A model generated the notes under the pieces. The model was not told the origin of the DNA, searched no databases, and was given only the letters and a program-made list of their open reading frames with translations. The translations under genes and the position numbers were made by a program. A stretch of 62,955 nt of DNA from a virus (Duplodnaviria; Caudoviricetes), in the IMG/VR virus record IMGVR_UViG_3300037511_000526, positions 1-62,955 of that record; one strand, written 5' to 3'. Within the stretch, counting starts at the first letter, position 1. The number at the start of each line of letters is the position of its first letter. This document shows, one piece after another, positions 18,786-27,740 of the stretch.

Positions 18786-19221
18786 CCAGCGTTTCCGATG
18801 ACTTCTTCCAGTTCTCGATCTTTGTTTTGTTATACACAAAATCGTAGGAATAAGGACTTTCGGTTTCGTCAAAGAAAATAACACTAGCCAGTTTATACAC
18901 GAAATCGGGTAACAGCATCAGTTCCAATCGTTCCTTCAGATTCAGGTTCAACTGAGCGATGTACATCACATTTATCTTTTTGGGATCACTTAGCAACTTT
19001 TCCATCGCTTTGGTATGCAGGTCCAGGTATTCCCGATCACATCGCATCTCCATCTCAGTGTAAATTGCGAGGGTCGCCAACATTCGACCGGTTGGCACCT
19101 CTGCCGCTTGGTCGAACATATAATATGTAGTTCCACCGAGTTTGAATGCTTCCACTAATCGATACTTTTCATCCAGTAACCTGGTGCGGAAACGTTTCCT
19201 GAAGAGCTTTTTCCAATTCAT
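18640..19221 (-). CDS. Tail assembly chaperone (gpG-like)
   Basis: Directly upstream of the TMP gene, with a slippery run. Confidence 0.65.
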   Translation of the reverse strand: MNWKKLFRKRFRTRLLDEKYRLVEAFKLGGTTYYMFDQAAEVPTGRMLATLAIYTEMEMRCDREYLDLHTKAMEKLLSDPKKINVMYIAQLNLNLKERLELMLLPDFVYKLASVIFFDETESPYSYDFVYNKTKIENWKKSSETLDFFLSRLASELIPSLKPAVGSTRTFFQVSEQIDVIHRTAVTKILSANQ

Positions 19222-19399
19222 TGATACTTTTTAAAGGAATGATTACTTCATTCGCTCGTTTTATTTTAAACTGGTTTTTCGTTTTTCGTATATAAATTAC
19301 ATATGCCCCCTTCCGGTATTTGTCATTACGAACGCCACCGCAATCGCAAGATCCCGAAGGGTAGAAACCATAGGATAATATCAGTGCGTTATACTCCAA
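19169..19399 (-). CDS. Hypothetical protein with CxC
   Basis: GSCDCGG; operon packing. Confidence 0.6.
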   Translation of the reverse strand: MEYNALILSYGFYPSGSCDCGGVRNDKYRKGAYVIYIRKTKNQFKIKRANEVIIPLKSINELEKALQETFPHQVTG

Positions 19400-19595
19400 T
19401 TTGTTTTATTTTGGTTGTTACAAATAATAACACTTTGGAATAACAGGGCATACAACTCATACCTAAATGATTCGCATTATTCTCATTGTAATACCTAAAT
19501 AACATTTGCCAATCCTCGTAATTTGACACCCTGCTTTGCAATATGCTGATATTTTTCACCTTTTGATAGGCGTTTAAGACATTTTCAGGTATCAT
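19389..19595 (-). CDS. Small CxxC protein
   Basis: LGMSCMPCYSKV. Confidence 0.6.
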   Translation of the reverse strand: MIPENVLNAYQKVKNISILQSRVSNYEDWQMLFRYYNENNANHLGMSCMPCYSKVLLFVTTKIKQIGV

Positions 19596-19884
19596 TATCT
19601 TCTGTTTTATTCGGTGCCCATTTGTTGATTACTACATTCACACCCATTGCCCCGATAACCACCACCGGCCATTGCCATAATTCATGCTGCCAAGGGATCA
19701 GCCAGTATAAAACAGATCCATACCAAAAACTCATACACACATTGCACGAAAACAATGCCGGATGAACGGCGTCTGGCAGATGATCTTCGAGCCAATCGCC
19801 GAGCTTGCCGAAGATTTCATCCGGCTGCATCGTGTAATGGATAGAGAGAACGAGAAGAGCTATTATGATGATTTGGCTAATCAT
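19585..19884 (-). CDS. Membrane protein with CxxC (DUF1360/VKOR-like motif)
   Basis: Three hydrophobic segments; LFSCNVCMSFWYG. Confidence 0.65.
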   Translation of the reverse strand: MISQIIIIALLVLSIHYTMQPDEIFGKLGDWLEDHLPDAVHPALFSCNVCMSFWYGSVLYWLIPWQHELWQWPVVVIGAMGVNVVINKWAPNKTEDNDT

Positions 19885-20165
19885 TTCAATTCAAAATTCA
19901 GCACCAGATCAATTCCCCCAGTATTATTAAAATGACTTTTCGAATCCTTAAACTGGTACCCAGGATGATTCCGTATGCTATTATCGATTTCTAATTGGAT
20001 AGCATCCTTGATCTGCTGTTCGGTCTTTTGCTTATAATTGTAAATGATCTTTGAAACTTTCAGGGTGTCGCCTATGCGCTTTCCGAATTGAATGGTTTTA
20101 ATCTGGCTTGTTTCAACAGAACAGCCTATTTTATATTTACCTGGCATTTTAACATCGCAACTCAT
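19881..20165 (-). CDS. Hypothetical protein
   Basis: Operon packing. Confidence 0.55.
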   Translation of the reverse strand: MSCDVKMPGKYKIGCSVETSQIKTIQFGKRIGDTLKVSKIIYNYKQKTEQQIKDAIQLEIDNSIRNHPGYQFKDSKSHFNNTGGIDLVLNFELK

Positions 20166-20166
20166 G

Positions 20167-20406
20167 CTATGAAATTTTTATTAGTCCGGTTGAATTTCCT
20201 CCGTGATCAACTGTGATCTGTGATACCGGGTAGGTGTCAAACTTTATCTGCGTCGTTATGCCAGCGCTGACGTACTTTGTACCATCCCAATATATCACAT
20301 CAACTTTTGGCGCCTGACCATACTGCAGAACCATTGATGGCCCATATCCGAACGTTGTCGATGGAGTGTTGAAAAACGGTATTATGGTTGGGTTGCAACA
20401 GGGCAT
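20167..20406 (-). CDS. Small beta-rich virion decoration-like protein
   Basis: Stand-alone copy of a domain shared with two other structural ORFs. Confidence 0.6.
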   Translation of the reverse strand: MPCCNPTIIPFFNTPSTTFGYGPSMVLQYGQAPKVDVIYWDGTKYVSAGITTQIKFDTYPVSQITVDHGGNSTGLIKIS

Positions 20407-20408
20407 CG

Positions 20409-21005
20409 TTAACTTATTAACACGTAACCGGTTGCCGGCCCCGAGTTTGTGATCACTATAGACGTAAGAATGCCATCAGTGAATACAGTTTGCACAGCCA
20501 CATCAACCAATTGATATGTTGAGCCAGTGACTAAATGGTATACCTGAATGGAAGGGCTCGAACCAAATGAAGCCAGCAGTCCGGAAGTCCATTCGATTGT
20601 GACCATATCTTCACCCGTGAATGGCAACAGGATATTTTGATCACCAGCAACAGGCGTACAACTGAAATCGCAACCGAGTGTATCCTTCTCGTAAGTACCA
20701 CCTTTGATAGTGAAATTGATGCAGTTGTATTCCTGAGCCACCTTGAACTTGACCGGCTTACATCCGCTGTCCTGAACCTGCAGGGTGAAGTCACCGGAAT
20801 ATTGCGTAAGCATGCCGGGTGGTAGGTCCGATACCTGAATTTGCCAGAAACCATCGGCGTCCGTGGTAAATTCTCCCTGGTATTTATTGCCGAATTTGTC
20901 TTCTATAATCCACGTGTAGCTAGTTAGTGGAGCTAATTGGGCAAAGACCTGGATTACAAGGTTGCACTTAGCTATATAGTCATGAAAGCAATAATCGCAG
21001 TTCAT
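20409..21005 (-). CDS. Cys-rich beta-sandwich structural protein
   Basis: Beta-rich; shared C-terminal domain. Confidence 0.6.
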   Translation of the reverse strand: MNCDYCFHDYIAKCNLVIQVFAQLAPLTSYTWIIEDKFGNKYQGEFTTDADGFWQIQVSDLPPGMLTQYSGDFTLQVQDSGCKPVKFKVAQEYNCINFTIKGGTYEKDTLGCDFSCTPVAGDQNILLPFTGEDMVTIEWTSGLLASFGSSPSIQVYHLVTGSTYQLVDVAVQTVFTDGILTSIVITNSGPATGYVLIS

Positions 21006-21051
21006 GGACTAAAGTTACAGGAATTTCAGAATAGATTGAAAGAAATGAAGA

Positions 21052-21498
21052 TTATTTGGTTATTGCCGGTGTTTTTATTTCAAGCTCGTACCCGGTCAGG
21101 GTGAAGTAAAGGTTTTGGAGTTGGTGGACATATAGAACATCCCGAAGCTGACAGTCGAAATAGGTATATGTATAGACTGAAGCATCGTAATGTATTTCAT
21201 GCCCATGTACCGCCAATTCAAATACGCCCGGAGCGAATATATTAGTGCTCTCTCTGAACTCAAATCTTTCCAACCATTCGGGCGTAAGGGGGATAGGGCA
21301 AAGATTGGGATACAAAGCCCGATTCCATTCGGCATGTTCATTTGAAACTTGCCCATATTTGCAAAATCCGATTGTATCCTCGTATTCATCATCAATATCA
21401 AGGGATAGACTGGTAACATGAACCAAATCCTCTTTGTATGTTAAAAGATTACCAATCCGGAGACTTTTTATTTCAACGACTTCATTATTCATAATCAA
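21052..21498 (-). CDS. Phage hypothetical protein (YopX-like character)
   Basis: LRIGNL..PIPLTPEWLERF..YVHQLQNLYF.LTG motifs typical of Bacteroidota phages. Confidence 0.65.
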   Translation of the reverse strand: MIMNNEVVEIKSLRIGNLLTYKEDLVHVTSLSLDIDDEYEDTIGFCKYGQVSNEHAEWNRALYPNLCPIPLTPEWLERFEFRESTNIFAPGVFELAVHGHEIHYDASVYTYTYFDCQLRDVLYVHQLQNLYFTLTGYELEIKTPAITK

Positions 21499-21507
21499 AA
21501 GTATAGT

Positions 21508-22842
21508 TTATTGCTTCAAAACCCATTTAAAAAATGTGTTGCAAAGGTACCTGTAAGTATCGAGCAAATCCGCTTGCTGCGCCGGATCTTCCCGGTCCCG
21601 TTTCTCAATACTTCCATCCGGCAGAACACGAACATTTTCGAAATCAAATACCAGGCCCTTGCATTTAACCGGGTCTATTGTAACATTGACCATAGCTAGT
21701 ACGGCGTTTGCTAATACCTGGTTCTCTTTTACCTTAGGATTTACACTGGGTACCTTCAATTGACTGATCCCTAAATTGAGTTTCGACTTAATTACAGTGT
21801 AATAGTTGGCGTTGTCGGTAACAAGAGCCGTGGTATTTTGCCCGGTCGCATCTCCGGTCACCACCCAAAGGGCACCCGGATAATGCAAGGATAAATAGTC
21901 ACAAAGTTTATATATATCGCTGTTGTCCATCTCTATGGCTTCGATGCCATACAGTCTATTGCCGTACCATTGCCACACAGATGCTGTGATTGGCGATTTA
22001 TTGAAATCGAAAGAAACCATTGTTTCGTATGCCCTATTCCATGTGGTCGGTCCTAAATGTTTTGCCCTATCAAAGGCGAATATAAACGGTGAATTATTCT
22101 TCCGACGGCCCGGCAGACCCTTGGTAAACACCTGGTAATAATACGAATCGATATTTGCCAGCATTTCAAGAAATGCAATTCGCTCAGGTGACACCTTCGG
22201 ATTATCCTTATAGGTTGTATGAGTCGATGTGTATGTGTAATTGAACGCCTTGCCATTGGGTAGCTGGAACTCCCAACTATAGGTTCCATTGGGATTCTTA
22301 CCGGCAAAGAAGTTTTTCCACAACCAATGTTCCTCATAATCACCGTCGAATTCCGGGTTAAAGGATACTCGCTGTTTGATCTTCACATTATTCGCACGTA
22401 ACGTTGTGGTTACTGTAATAAAATCGTCCAGTGTAAGCTGGTTGCCTTCTTCGATCCAACTATGCGAAGGATTACGGGTGGATTTTATGGACTGTGGATT
22501 GTCGCATCCACGGCCTAAGAACCGGTTACCATTGACGCACTCAATAGCCAAGGGTGCCACTTTGAACGTGAACAGATGATCAATACCCCAGCTCTCGCAG
22601 ATATTCTTTATTGTCTCCCACTGGCTTTCCTTGATAGAATTGAAGGTCTTTTTGATCAGCATGCACTTGAAATACGGCAGGCTCAGGCAGTCCTTAATAA
22701 GCTGCTGTGCAATATCTTGTGACTTGCCACTGTCACGACCTCCCCAATAGAAATCAATATGCGCCTCTGATTTTAAAAGATGATGATAGCAGGGCAGGAA
22801 TGCTTTTTTGGGGATATTAATCGTTATCTGGTTCGTCATCAT
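21508..22842 (-). CDS. terL: Terminase large subunit
   Basis: Walker A GGRDSGKS, Walker B WIEE, coupling motif SFNP, nuclease SFDFN and DLLD. Confidence 0.92.
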   Translation of the reverse strand: MMTNQITINIPKKAFLPCYHHLLKSEAHIDFYWGGRDSGKSQDIAQQLIKDCLSLPYFKCMLIKKTFNSIKESQWETIKNICESWGIDHLFTFKVAPLAIECVNGNRFLGRGCDNPQSIKSTRNPSHSWIEEGNQLTLDDFITVTTTLRANNVKIKQRVSFNPEFDGDYEEHWLWKNFFAGKNPNGTYSWEFQLPNGKAFNYTYTSTHTTYKDNPKVSPERIAFLEMLANIDSYYYQVFTKGLPGRRKNNSPFIFAFDRAKHLGPTTWNRAYETMVSFDFNKSPITASVWQWYGNRLYGIEAIEMDNSDIYKLCDYLSLHYPGALWVVTGDATGQNTTALVTDNANYYTVIKSKLNLGISQLKVPSVNPKVKENQVLANAVLAMVNVTIDPVKCKGLVFDFENVRVLPDGSIEKRDREDPAQQADLLDTYRYLCNTFFKWVLKQ

Positions 22843-23341
22843 CCGTAATGTTTACATTGATTACAGCAGCCTTCTGTTGATTGTCCAATTCGAAGATGCC
22901 CAAATGCCGGCCGATTTTTTCCAGGGCAGATATTTTATCGTAGAGCTTGAATTGAATGCTAGTCTTTTTGCTGACTGATTCGCCGGTACCACCCATTTCT
23001 ATTACCGTCTTTTTTATTGACTCAACTGAGGCGGCTTTATCGCGGCTTATTTTTGACAAGTCTTTTATTTCATTCTCGGACTGAATATAGTCCTGAATAT
23101 TAGCGAAGCCAATTTTCTTCAGTTCGTCAATAACTTGTTGGGCAAGCCCTTCGTTCTTATTAGATAAGGTTTTTTTTAGTTCTGAAATGAAATTTTGAAC
23201 CTTAACATTACTGAACAGCCTAGAAGCCTGCTGTTCAGCAGTTTTTTCACTATAACCAGCTCTTATTGCCGCTTGCTTTCCATTGAGGTCTTTAATATAT
23301 TCCTCACAAAACCTTTTTATTTTTGGGGTTAATTCATCCAT
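22817..23341 (-). CDS. terS: Terminase small subunit
   Basis: RFCEEYIKDLNGKQAAIRAGYS..TA..QASRL; KLYDKISALEKIGRHLG. Confidence 0.95.
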   Translation of the reverse strand: MDELTPKIKRFCEEYIKDLNGKQAAIRAGYSEKTAEQQASRLFSNVKVQNFISELKKTLSNKNEGLAQQVIDELKKIGFANIQDYIQSENEIKDLSKISRDKAASVESIKKTVIEMGGTGESVSKKTSIQFKLYDKISALEKIGRHLGIFELDNQQKAAVINVNITDDDEPDND

Positions 23342-23349
23342 TTGTTAAA

Positions 23350-23357
23350 CAAAGTTA
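23350..23357 (-). promoter_or_regulatory. Bacteroidota -7 promoter element upstream of terS
   Basis: Minus strand TAACTTTG just before the terS ATG. Confidence 0.55.
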
Positions 23358-23383
23358 CTTAATTTTCACATTTTCCTGAAACT

Positions 23384-23602
23384 TCAATTATTTCGTTCCA
23401 CGTGGAAAACCCTCACCCGACACAAAAAGTACTCCGCCTTAAGCGTTGTCATGTTCAAACACCACCTGGTACCATAGGTCGGGCAGGTATTTGATGGTGG
23501 ATAAGTGATCGTCCGGTAAGTGCCCTTACGTTTTTTGGTGGTGAAATATTCCATGACACCTAGAGATCCAAGATACACTGGTCTTTCTGCAGGATGTTTC
23601 AT
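23384..23602 (-). CDS. Hypothetical protein
   Basis: ORF in operon orientation. Confidence 0.5.
   Translation of the reverse strand: MKHPAERPVYLGSLGVMEYFTTKKRKGTYRTITYPPSNTCPTYGTRWCLNMTTLKAEYFLCRVRVFHVERNN
23394..23409. promoter_or_regulatory. parS-like palindrome
   Basis: CGTTCCACGTGGAAAA, 14/16 match to TGTTCCACGTGGAACA. Confidence 0.4.
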
Positions 23603-23641
23603 GTTGTTTTAAGTTTTTGCTTCCTGGTAATATTCCATATC

Positions 23642-23851
23642 CTACAATTTCTCCACCATAAACTTGACCACCGACCCGGCCAACTCCGTCGATGCTGCTT
23701 TCATGGCCTTCATGTCTTGTTTGTCTATGGCGGTCATTAACTGTTCGAATTGACGGTAGAGATCATCGGGAGATGGTGTTGCTGTTTTCTCGGCTTCCTT
23801 GCCTATGGCAATTAAAGCGGATTGGAGCTTACGGGTGTATTGGGGTGTCAT
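23642..23851 (-). CDS. Hypothetical protein
   Basis: Operon packing. Confidence 0.6.
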   Translation of the reverse strand: MTPQYTRKLQSALIAIGKEAEKTATPSPDDLYRQFEQLMTAIDKQDMKAMKAASTELAGSVVKFMVEKL

Positions 23852-23854
23852 GGT

Positions 23855-24634
23855 TTAGATTTGAATATTTGGTATAGTTGCGCGGTGGTGATATTCTGTA
23901 TCATATGGTTGATAACACGTACAACGATTCTTTACCGTTCCCACCACCACTTCATCATACTTCTTTGCCCGCTCAATGACGAAGTCCACCTTGCTACTCC
24001 CGAGTTTCTTTTCCGGGTGATGGTCCACATACTCATCGATCTGCTTAAACAGGGCCATAGCTGATTCCTTCCAGTCACGGAGATGTTGGAGTTTGCTGGT
24101 GGTGGCGGCCTGATCTTTTCCGTACAGTTTGTTCCTCAGTTTGTTGTTTTCCTCTTTCAATATCGCAGCCTTTCCGATCCAGAACGTGATCAGTTTTTTT
24201 AGCCGATCTCTCATTCGCTGGTAATTGCATCCCGACATTGCGTTAACCGCTATCCATTTTTGTTCAGTGTTTATTATTTCTTGTTGGGCATACGCAAGTG
24301 TCATTCGTGAACAAAAACGGTTACCGTGACCTCCATTTAAACCGCCGCATTCTGGGCATTTGCCAGTATCTTCCTCTACAGCCGGAGCGGATGGGGGTTG
24401 TGTAAACCGGTGCCAAAAATCGCTGGGATGATACGTTTCAAATCCACCATTCATATATTTAACAATCCACATTCCTATACCAGCAGCAGTAAAGACCGAC
24501 CTGTTTTCAACTAAGAAATAGGGCCCACGTCCGTCCTCTTTATATATAGCAGATTCACCAAGCCATTCCTTTACCTGTTCGAAATTTTCGTCAGTAAGCT
24601 GTACGGCTTCTACTGTTTGTATGTATTGTTGCAT
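23855..24634 (-). CDS. Hypothetical multidomain protein (Zn ribbon, coiled coil)
   Basis: VEAVQLT N-terminus, CPECGG..H..C. Confidence 0.65.
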   Translation of the reverse strand: MQQYIQTVEAVQLTDENFEQVKEWLGESAIYKEDGRGPYFLVENRSVFTAAGIGMWIVKYMNGGFETYHPSDFWHRFTQPPSAPAVEEDTGKCPECGGLNGGHGNRFCSRMTLAYAQQEIINTEQKWIAVNAMSGCNYQRMRDRLKKLITFWIGKAAILKEENNKLRNKLYGKDQAATTSKLQHLRDWKESAMALFKQIDEYVDHHPEKKLGSSKVDFVIERAKKYDEVVVGTVKNRCTCYQPYDTEYHHRATIPNIQI

Positions 24635-24636
24635 TG

Positions 24637-24915
24637 TTATTGTTTATCGAGTTTGGTAATATCTACTCCCAATTCTTTCAAACGCCGTTTGCAGTCGTTA
24701 ACCGTCCATTCGGCATCTGATAGGTTATTTTTCAGTTCCTCGATTTCTTCATCGCGCTCAATTTCCTTTTCTTCCTCACGGTAACAATCTTCACAGATGA
24801 CAGTATTCGGAAACCACTTTTCGCTACCGTAGCCATCATTGAGATCGAACCAGCCTTTGCACTTCTCACATTGGCATGGCATTTCCATATTGTGATCAGG
24901 TGTTTCGTATGCCAT
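24637..24915 (-). CDS. Zn-finger hypothetical protein
   Basis: CEKC..CEDC. Confidence 0.65.
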   Translation of the reverse strand: MAYETPDHNMEMPCQCEKCKGWFDLNDGYGSEKWFPNTVICEDCYREEEKEIERDEEIEELKNNLSDAEWTVNDCKRRLKELGVDITKLDKQ

Positions 24916-24930
24916 ATTGTTATTGTTTGT

Positions 24931-25236
24931 TTATGTGTTAGCCGTTAACTCAATATTTAATAATTGCAATATTTTGAAATAGTCTTCGTGTGTTAATCCT
25001 GGATTAATGGTTGTAAATTGCCGGTCAGGCGTTTTATTACACCAGTGAAGTTGCGCTATACTGAAGTCACCATAAAGCCCAATTGCGCAAACGAAATCAC
25101 TATTGCTTTTATGCACATAAGATTCATATAATGGATATTCGTCTTTTAATACCCATCCTTGTGACAAAAGAAACTCCCGATTAATTTGAATCTGCTGCTG
25201 AACCCATATTGAATAGGGCGTAGTTGGTTCTTTCAT
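24931..25236 (-). CDS. Hypothetical protein
   Basis: Operon packing. Confidence 0.6.
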   Translation of the reverse strand: MKEPTTPYSIWVQQQIQINREFLLSQGWVLKDEYPLYESYVHKSNSDFVCAIGLYGDFSIAQLHWCNKTPDRQFTTINPGLTHEDYFKILQLLNIELTANT

Positions 25237-25253
25237 GTTATTATTTTATATTG

Positions 25254-25433
25254 TTATCCCCAGTCATCCAGACCGGGTTCTATATTTTTCTTTACCATTT
25301 TGCTTAAACCAAGTTCATACGCACATCCAAAATCTTCACAAGCAGGGTGCCCATCACATTTCGAACAGGGCACAAATTCTAATTCGTCATCCTGATCATC
25401 GGCTGGATCAATGAGATTGTCTTCAGGTGTCAT
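25254..25433 (-). CDS. Small Cys-containing protein (59 aa, not in ORF track)
   Basis: Own translation MTPEDNLIDPADDQDDELEFVPCSKCDGHPACEDFGCAYELG... Confidence 0.55.
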   Translation of the reverse strand: MTPEDNLIDPADDQDDELEFVPCSKCDGHPACEDFGCAYELGLSKMVKKNIEPGLDDWG

Positions 25434-25562
25434 GCTATTTTCTATTAAAGTATTTACAAATCAGATATATGCCGTAACCAACGAACGCTATTGTACCACC
25501 TATGGCCCATCCCAATTGGAATATGAATACCATTTGTTCTATGTTAGTTGTCATGTTATTGT

Positions 25563-25811
25563 TTATTTATTGATGTGGGGGTTAGCGGTTTTATTACATG
25601 CGGGGCATGTATGTTTCCCATTTCTGTGAAATTTCCAGCCTGCTTTTTTCGCGGCTTTTCTTGCTAAAGAATATGATTTCGGGCCATCTGCTACATACTC
25701 CATTGGGAATTGTCTGAAATCTGTTTTGCTGTTCGGGTATATGTACCCATGCTCGTGAGCAACATCGTTATCACAATAGAGATGCAATACATATCCGCTG
25801 GCGATGCTCAT
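25563..25811 (-). CDS. Zn-binding hypothetical protein
   Basis: LYCD...AKKAGW...CPAC. Confidence 0.65.
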   Translation of the reverse strand: MSIASGYVLHLYCDNDVAHEHGYIYPNSKTDFRQFPMEYVADGPKSYSLARKAAKKAGWKFHRNGKHTCPACNKTANPHINK

Positions 25812-25813
25812 TA

Positions 25814-26080
25814 TTACCCTTCTTTAGATTGGTTAGTGGTTACGTCAATAATATCTGTAATCTGTATAGCCCCTCTTACACGCCATTGATGACCGCAATT
25901 ACTACACTTTGCCTCAACTTTATATGGGTCACCTGATTCTAAATTCCCATAGTTTCTATCAAACTTGCCATCGGCAACCTCCCAGGTAATAGTAGCTCCG
26001 CTCCAAACTTCAATTAGGTTGATATTGGCGCTTTTGCATTTAGGGCACTTAACTTTTGTAAGTACTATCTCCTTGCTCAT
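25814..26080 (-). CDS. Zn-ribbon hypothetical protein
   Basis: CPKC..CSNCGHQW. Confidence 0.65.
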   Translation of the reverse strand: MSKEIVLTKVKCPKCKSANINLIEVWSGATITWEVADGKFDRNYGNLESGDPYKVEAKCSNCGHQWRVRGAIQITDIIDVTTNQSKEG

Positions 26081-26457
26081 TCCCCCACCTCCCCTTCCCC
26101 TGCATAGTTGGTGAGGGCTTCCCTTGCTGTAATGCCGGCGAAATATTCATCGGGGTATTTATCGCTTATCTTTCTCAACGCATCTACCAATACCTGGGTA
26201 CTAGAATTGACGGCTGCGAGTTCGGCATCCTTACGCCGCAATTCATTTGAAAGGTTGGTAATCTCTGACAGAAGTATTTCTTCATTCTCTACCAATATCT
26301 TTTCCCTTTCCATCGCGCGGGTGGCTTCGGCGGTGGCACCAGCTTGATAGGCCATGCGTTCAGTAATTGATTTCGCGGCCATACTATCGCCAGCATAATG
26401 GTGAGAGTCTTTTTTTATTCGATCAATCGTTTGCTGTGGTAGTGTCATTGTTGGCAT
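26077..26457 (-). CDS. Hypothetical coiled-coil protein
   Basis: Operon packing. Confidence 0.6.
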   Translation of the reverse strand: MPTMTLPQQTIDRIKKDSHHYAGDSMAAKSITERMAYQAGATAEATRAMEREKILVENEEILLSEITNLSNELRRKDAELAAVNSSTQVLVDALRKISDKYPDEYFAGITAREALTNYAGEGEVGE

Positions 26458-26680
26458 CGTTTGCTTTTTTAATTTTCCGTAAACAATTATTGCAGGTCAC
26501 CTCACTTTCATCGTTCGTCACGTTCTCATATTCATAACCGCATAAGGTTTCTGTCCAGTATCCGGAATTATCGCTTTCGGTTGGTGGATCGTAACCGGCG
26601 TAGTGGAGGATATTACTTTTGCTCATTGTTGGTGGTGTTTGGTGAAAGCCTAAGTGTTTTAAAAAGTCGCGGCGGCTCAT
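26423..26680 (-). CDS. Hypothetical protein (start uncertain)
   Basis: TLCG..VTCNNCL. Confidence 0.55.
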   Translation of the reverse strand: MSRRDFLKHLGFHQTPPTMSKSNILHYAGYDPPTESDNSGYWTETLCGYEYENVTNDESEVTCNNCLRKIKKANDANNDTTTAND

Positions 26681-27000
26681 ACTCTTGATTCTTTATAGGT
26701 TGATAAAGGAATTATTTCAGTACCGGTATCATAGGAATAATGAAAGTCATCCATGCAACGGATATGAAACTTGCTGGAATACACTTCATCGTTTTCAACG
26801 CAATGGCGAATATCTTCCAGGCTGGCCTTCCCGAAATCTTCACTGCTCCCGTACAGGATCAAATGCCTTCCTTCCGGCCCATACCTAAACCAGCCACCAC
26901 CTTTTACATCTTCTTTTTTATTTACAAGTTGGTAGTGATAGGTTACCTTTCCGATGATCAGCGCATCGCCTTCGATAATGAATTTGCAAAAGACATCCAT
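26677..27000 (-). CDS. Hypothetical protein
   Basis: GGGWF..LYGSSEDFG. Confidence 0.65.
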   Translation of the reverse strand: MDVFCKFIIEGDALIIGKVTYHYQLVNKKEDVKGGGWFRYGPEGRHLILYGSSEDFGKASLEDIRHCVENDEVYSSKFHIRCMDDFHYSYDTGTEIIPLSTYKESRV

Positions 27001-27131
27001 ACTTTTTATAGGTTTAGTGGGGGTTATTTATATTGTCAAAATCCCCTTCTACATCATCATGCCCGTGCATAATCACATTGAATGCGGGCGTGGTGACATA
27101 TTCATCAATGGAGCAAATCTCATCGAGGGAA

Positions 27132-27347
27132 TTACCCCAATAGCTCCATTACTTCTTTTAGCTTTTCCACCGCCACTGCCATATCTTTATCTCGCTTTTC
27201 TATTCCTTCTTTATGAAAGCTACCCTCAGACATGAATCCGGGCGTAAACTTCATTTGCTCATTTACCCCGTTTATCATTGAAGCGAGATAATTGATTGTG
27301 CCAGTGGCAAGAATGATTTTGCTGAACGAATCGAGTTTCTGTGACAT
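27132..27347 (-). CDS. Hypothetical protein, possibly truncated by a frameshift
   Basis: Adjacent frame continues protein-like to TAA at 27014. Confidence 0.55.
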   Translation of the reverse strand: MSQKLDSFSKIILATGTINYLASMINGVNEQMKFTPGFMSEGSFHKEGIEKRDKDMAVAVEKLKEVMELLG

Positions 27348-27371
27348 ACTATCTTATTTTACTTGGTTTGG

Positions 27372-27740
27372 TTAATACTTCTTACCATGCATATGCGGCC
27401 TACTTTCATTATATCGCATCTTCGCTTGTATGTGGGCTTCCAGGTTGATTCCTTTCGAATAGGCGAGATCAAATATTCGAATACAAACGTCTGCTAATTC
27501 GTCCTCAAAAGTGCCTTTTAGATAATTTGTGAAAACAACTTCAAAATGGGATTTGCTTTCCGATTTATTTACCATTTCAATATCACCTTCAAAAAAGTGA
27601 TTCTTTCTGTCGGCTTCCATTGCCTCGGATACTTCGCTTACTATTAGCATTAACATTTCACCTAAATTTCTTTCCTTATCCCAAAAACCTTTATTGCGGG
27701 CATTTTCATGTATCTGTTTTGATAGTTCTGAAATAGTCAT
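27372..27740 (-). CDS. MazG-like NTP pyrophosphohydrolase
   Basis: LIVSEVSEAMEA..EDELADVCIRIFD..KMRYN.SR. Confidence 0.85.
   Translation of the reverse strand: MTISELSKQIHENARNKGFWDKERNLGEMLMLIVSEVSEAMEADRKNHFFEGDIEMVNKSESKSHFEVVFTNYLKGTFEDELADVCIRIFDLAYSKGINLEAHIQAKMRYNESRPHMHGKKY

Noticed and set aside
24579-24593. Operator-like AAATTTTCGTCA
   Set aside because: Only one half-site matches, spacing is off and it lies inside a CDS
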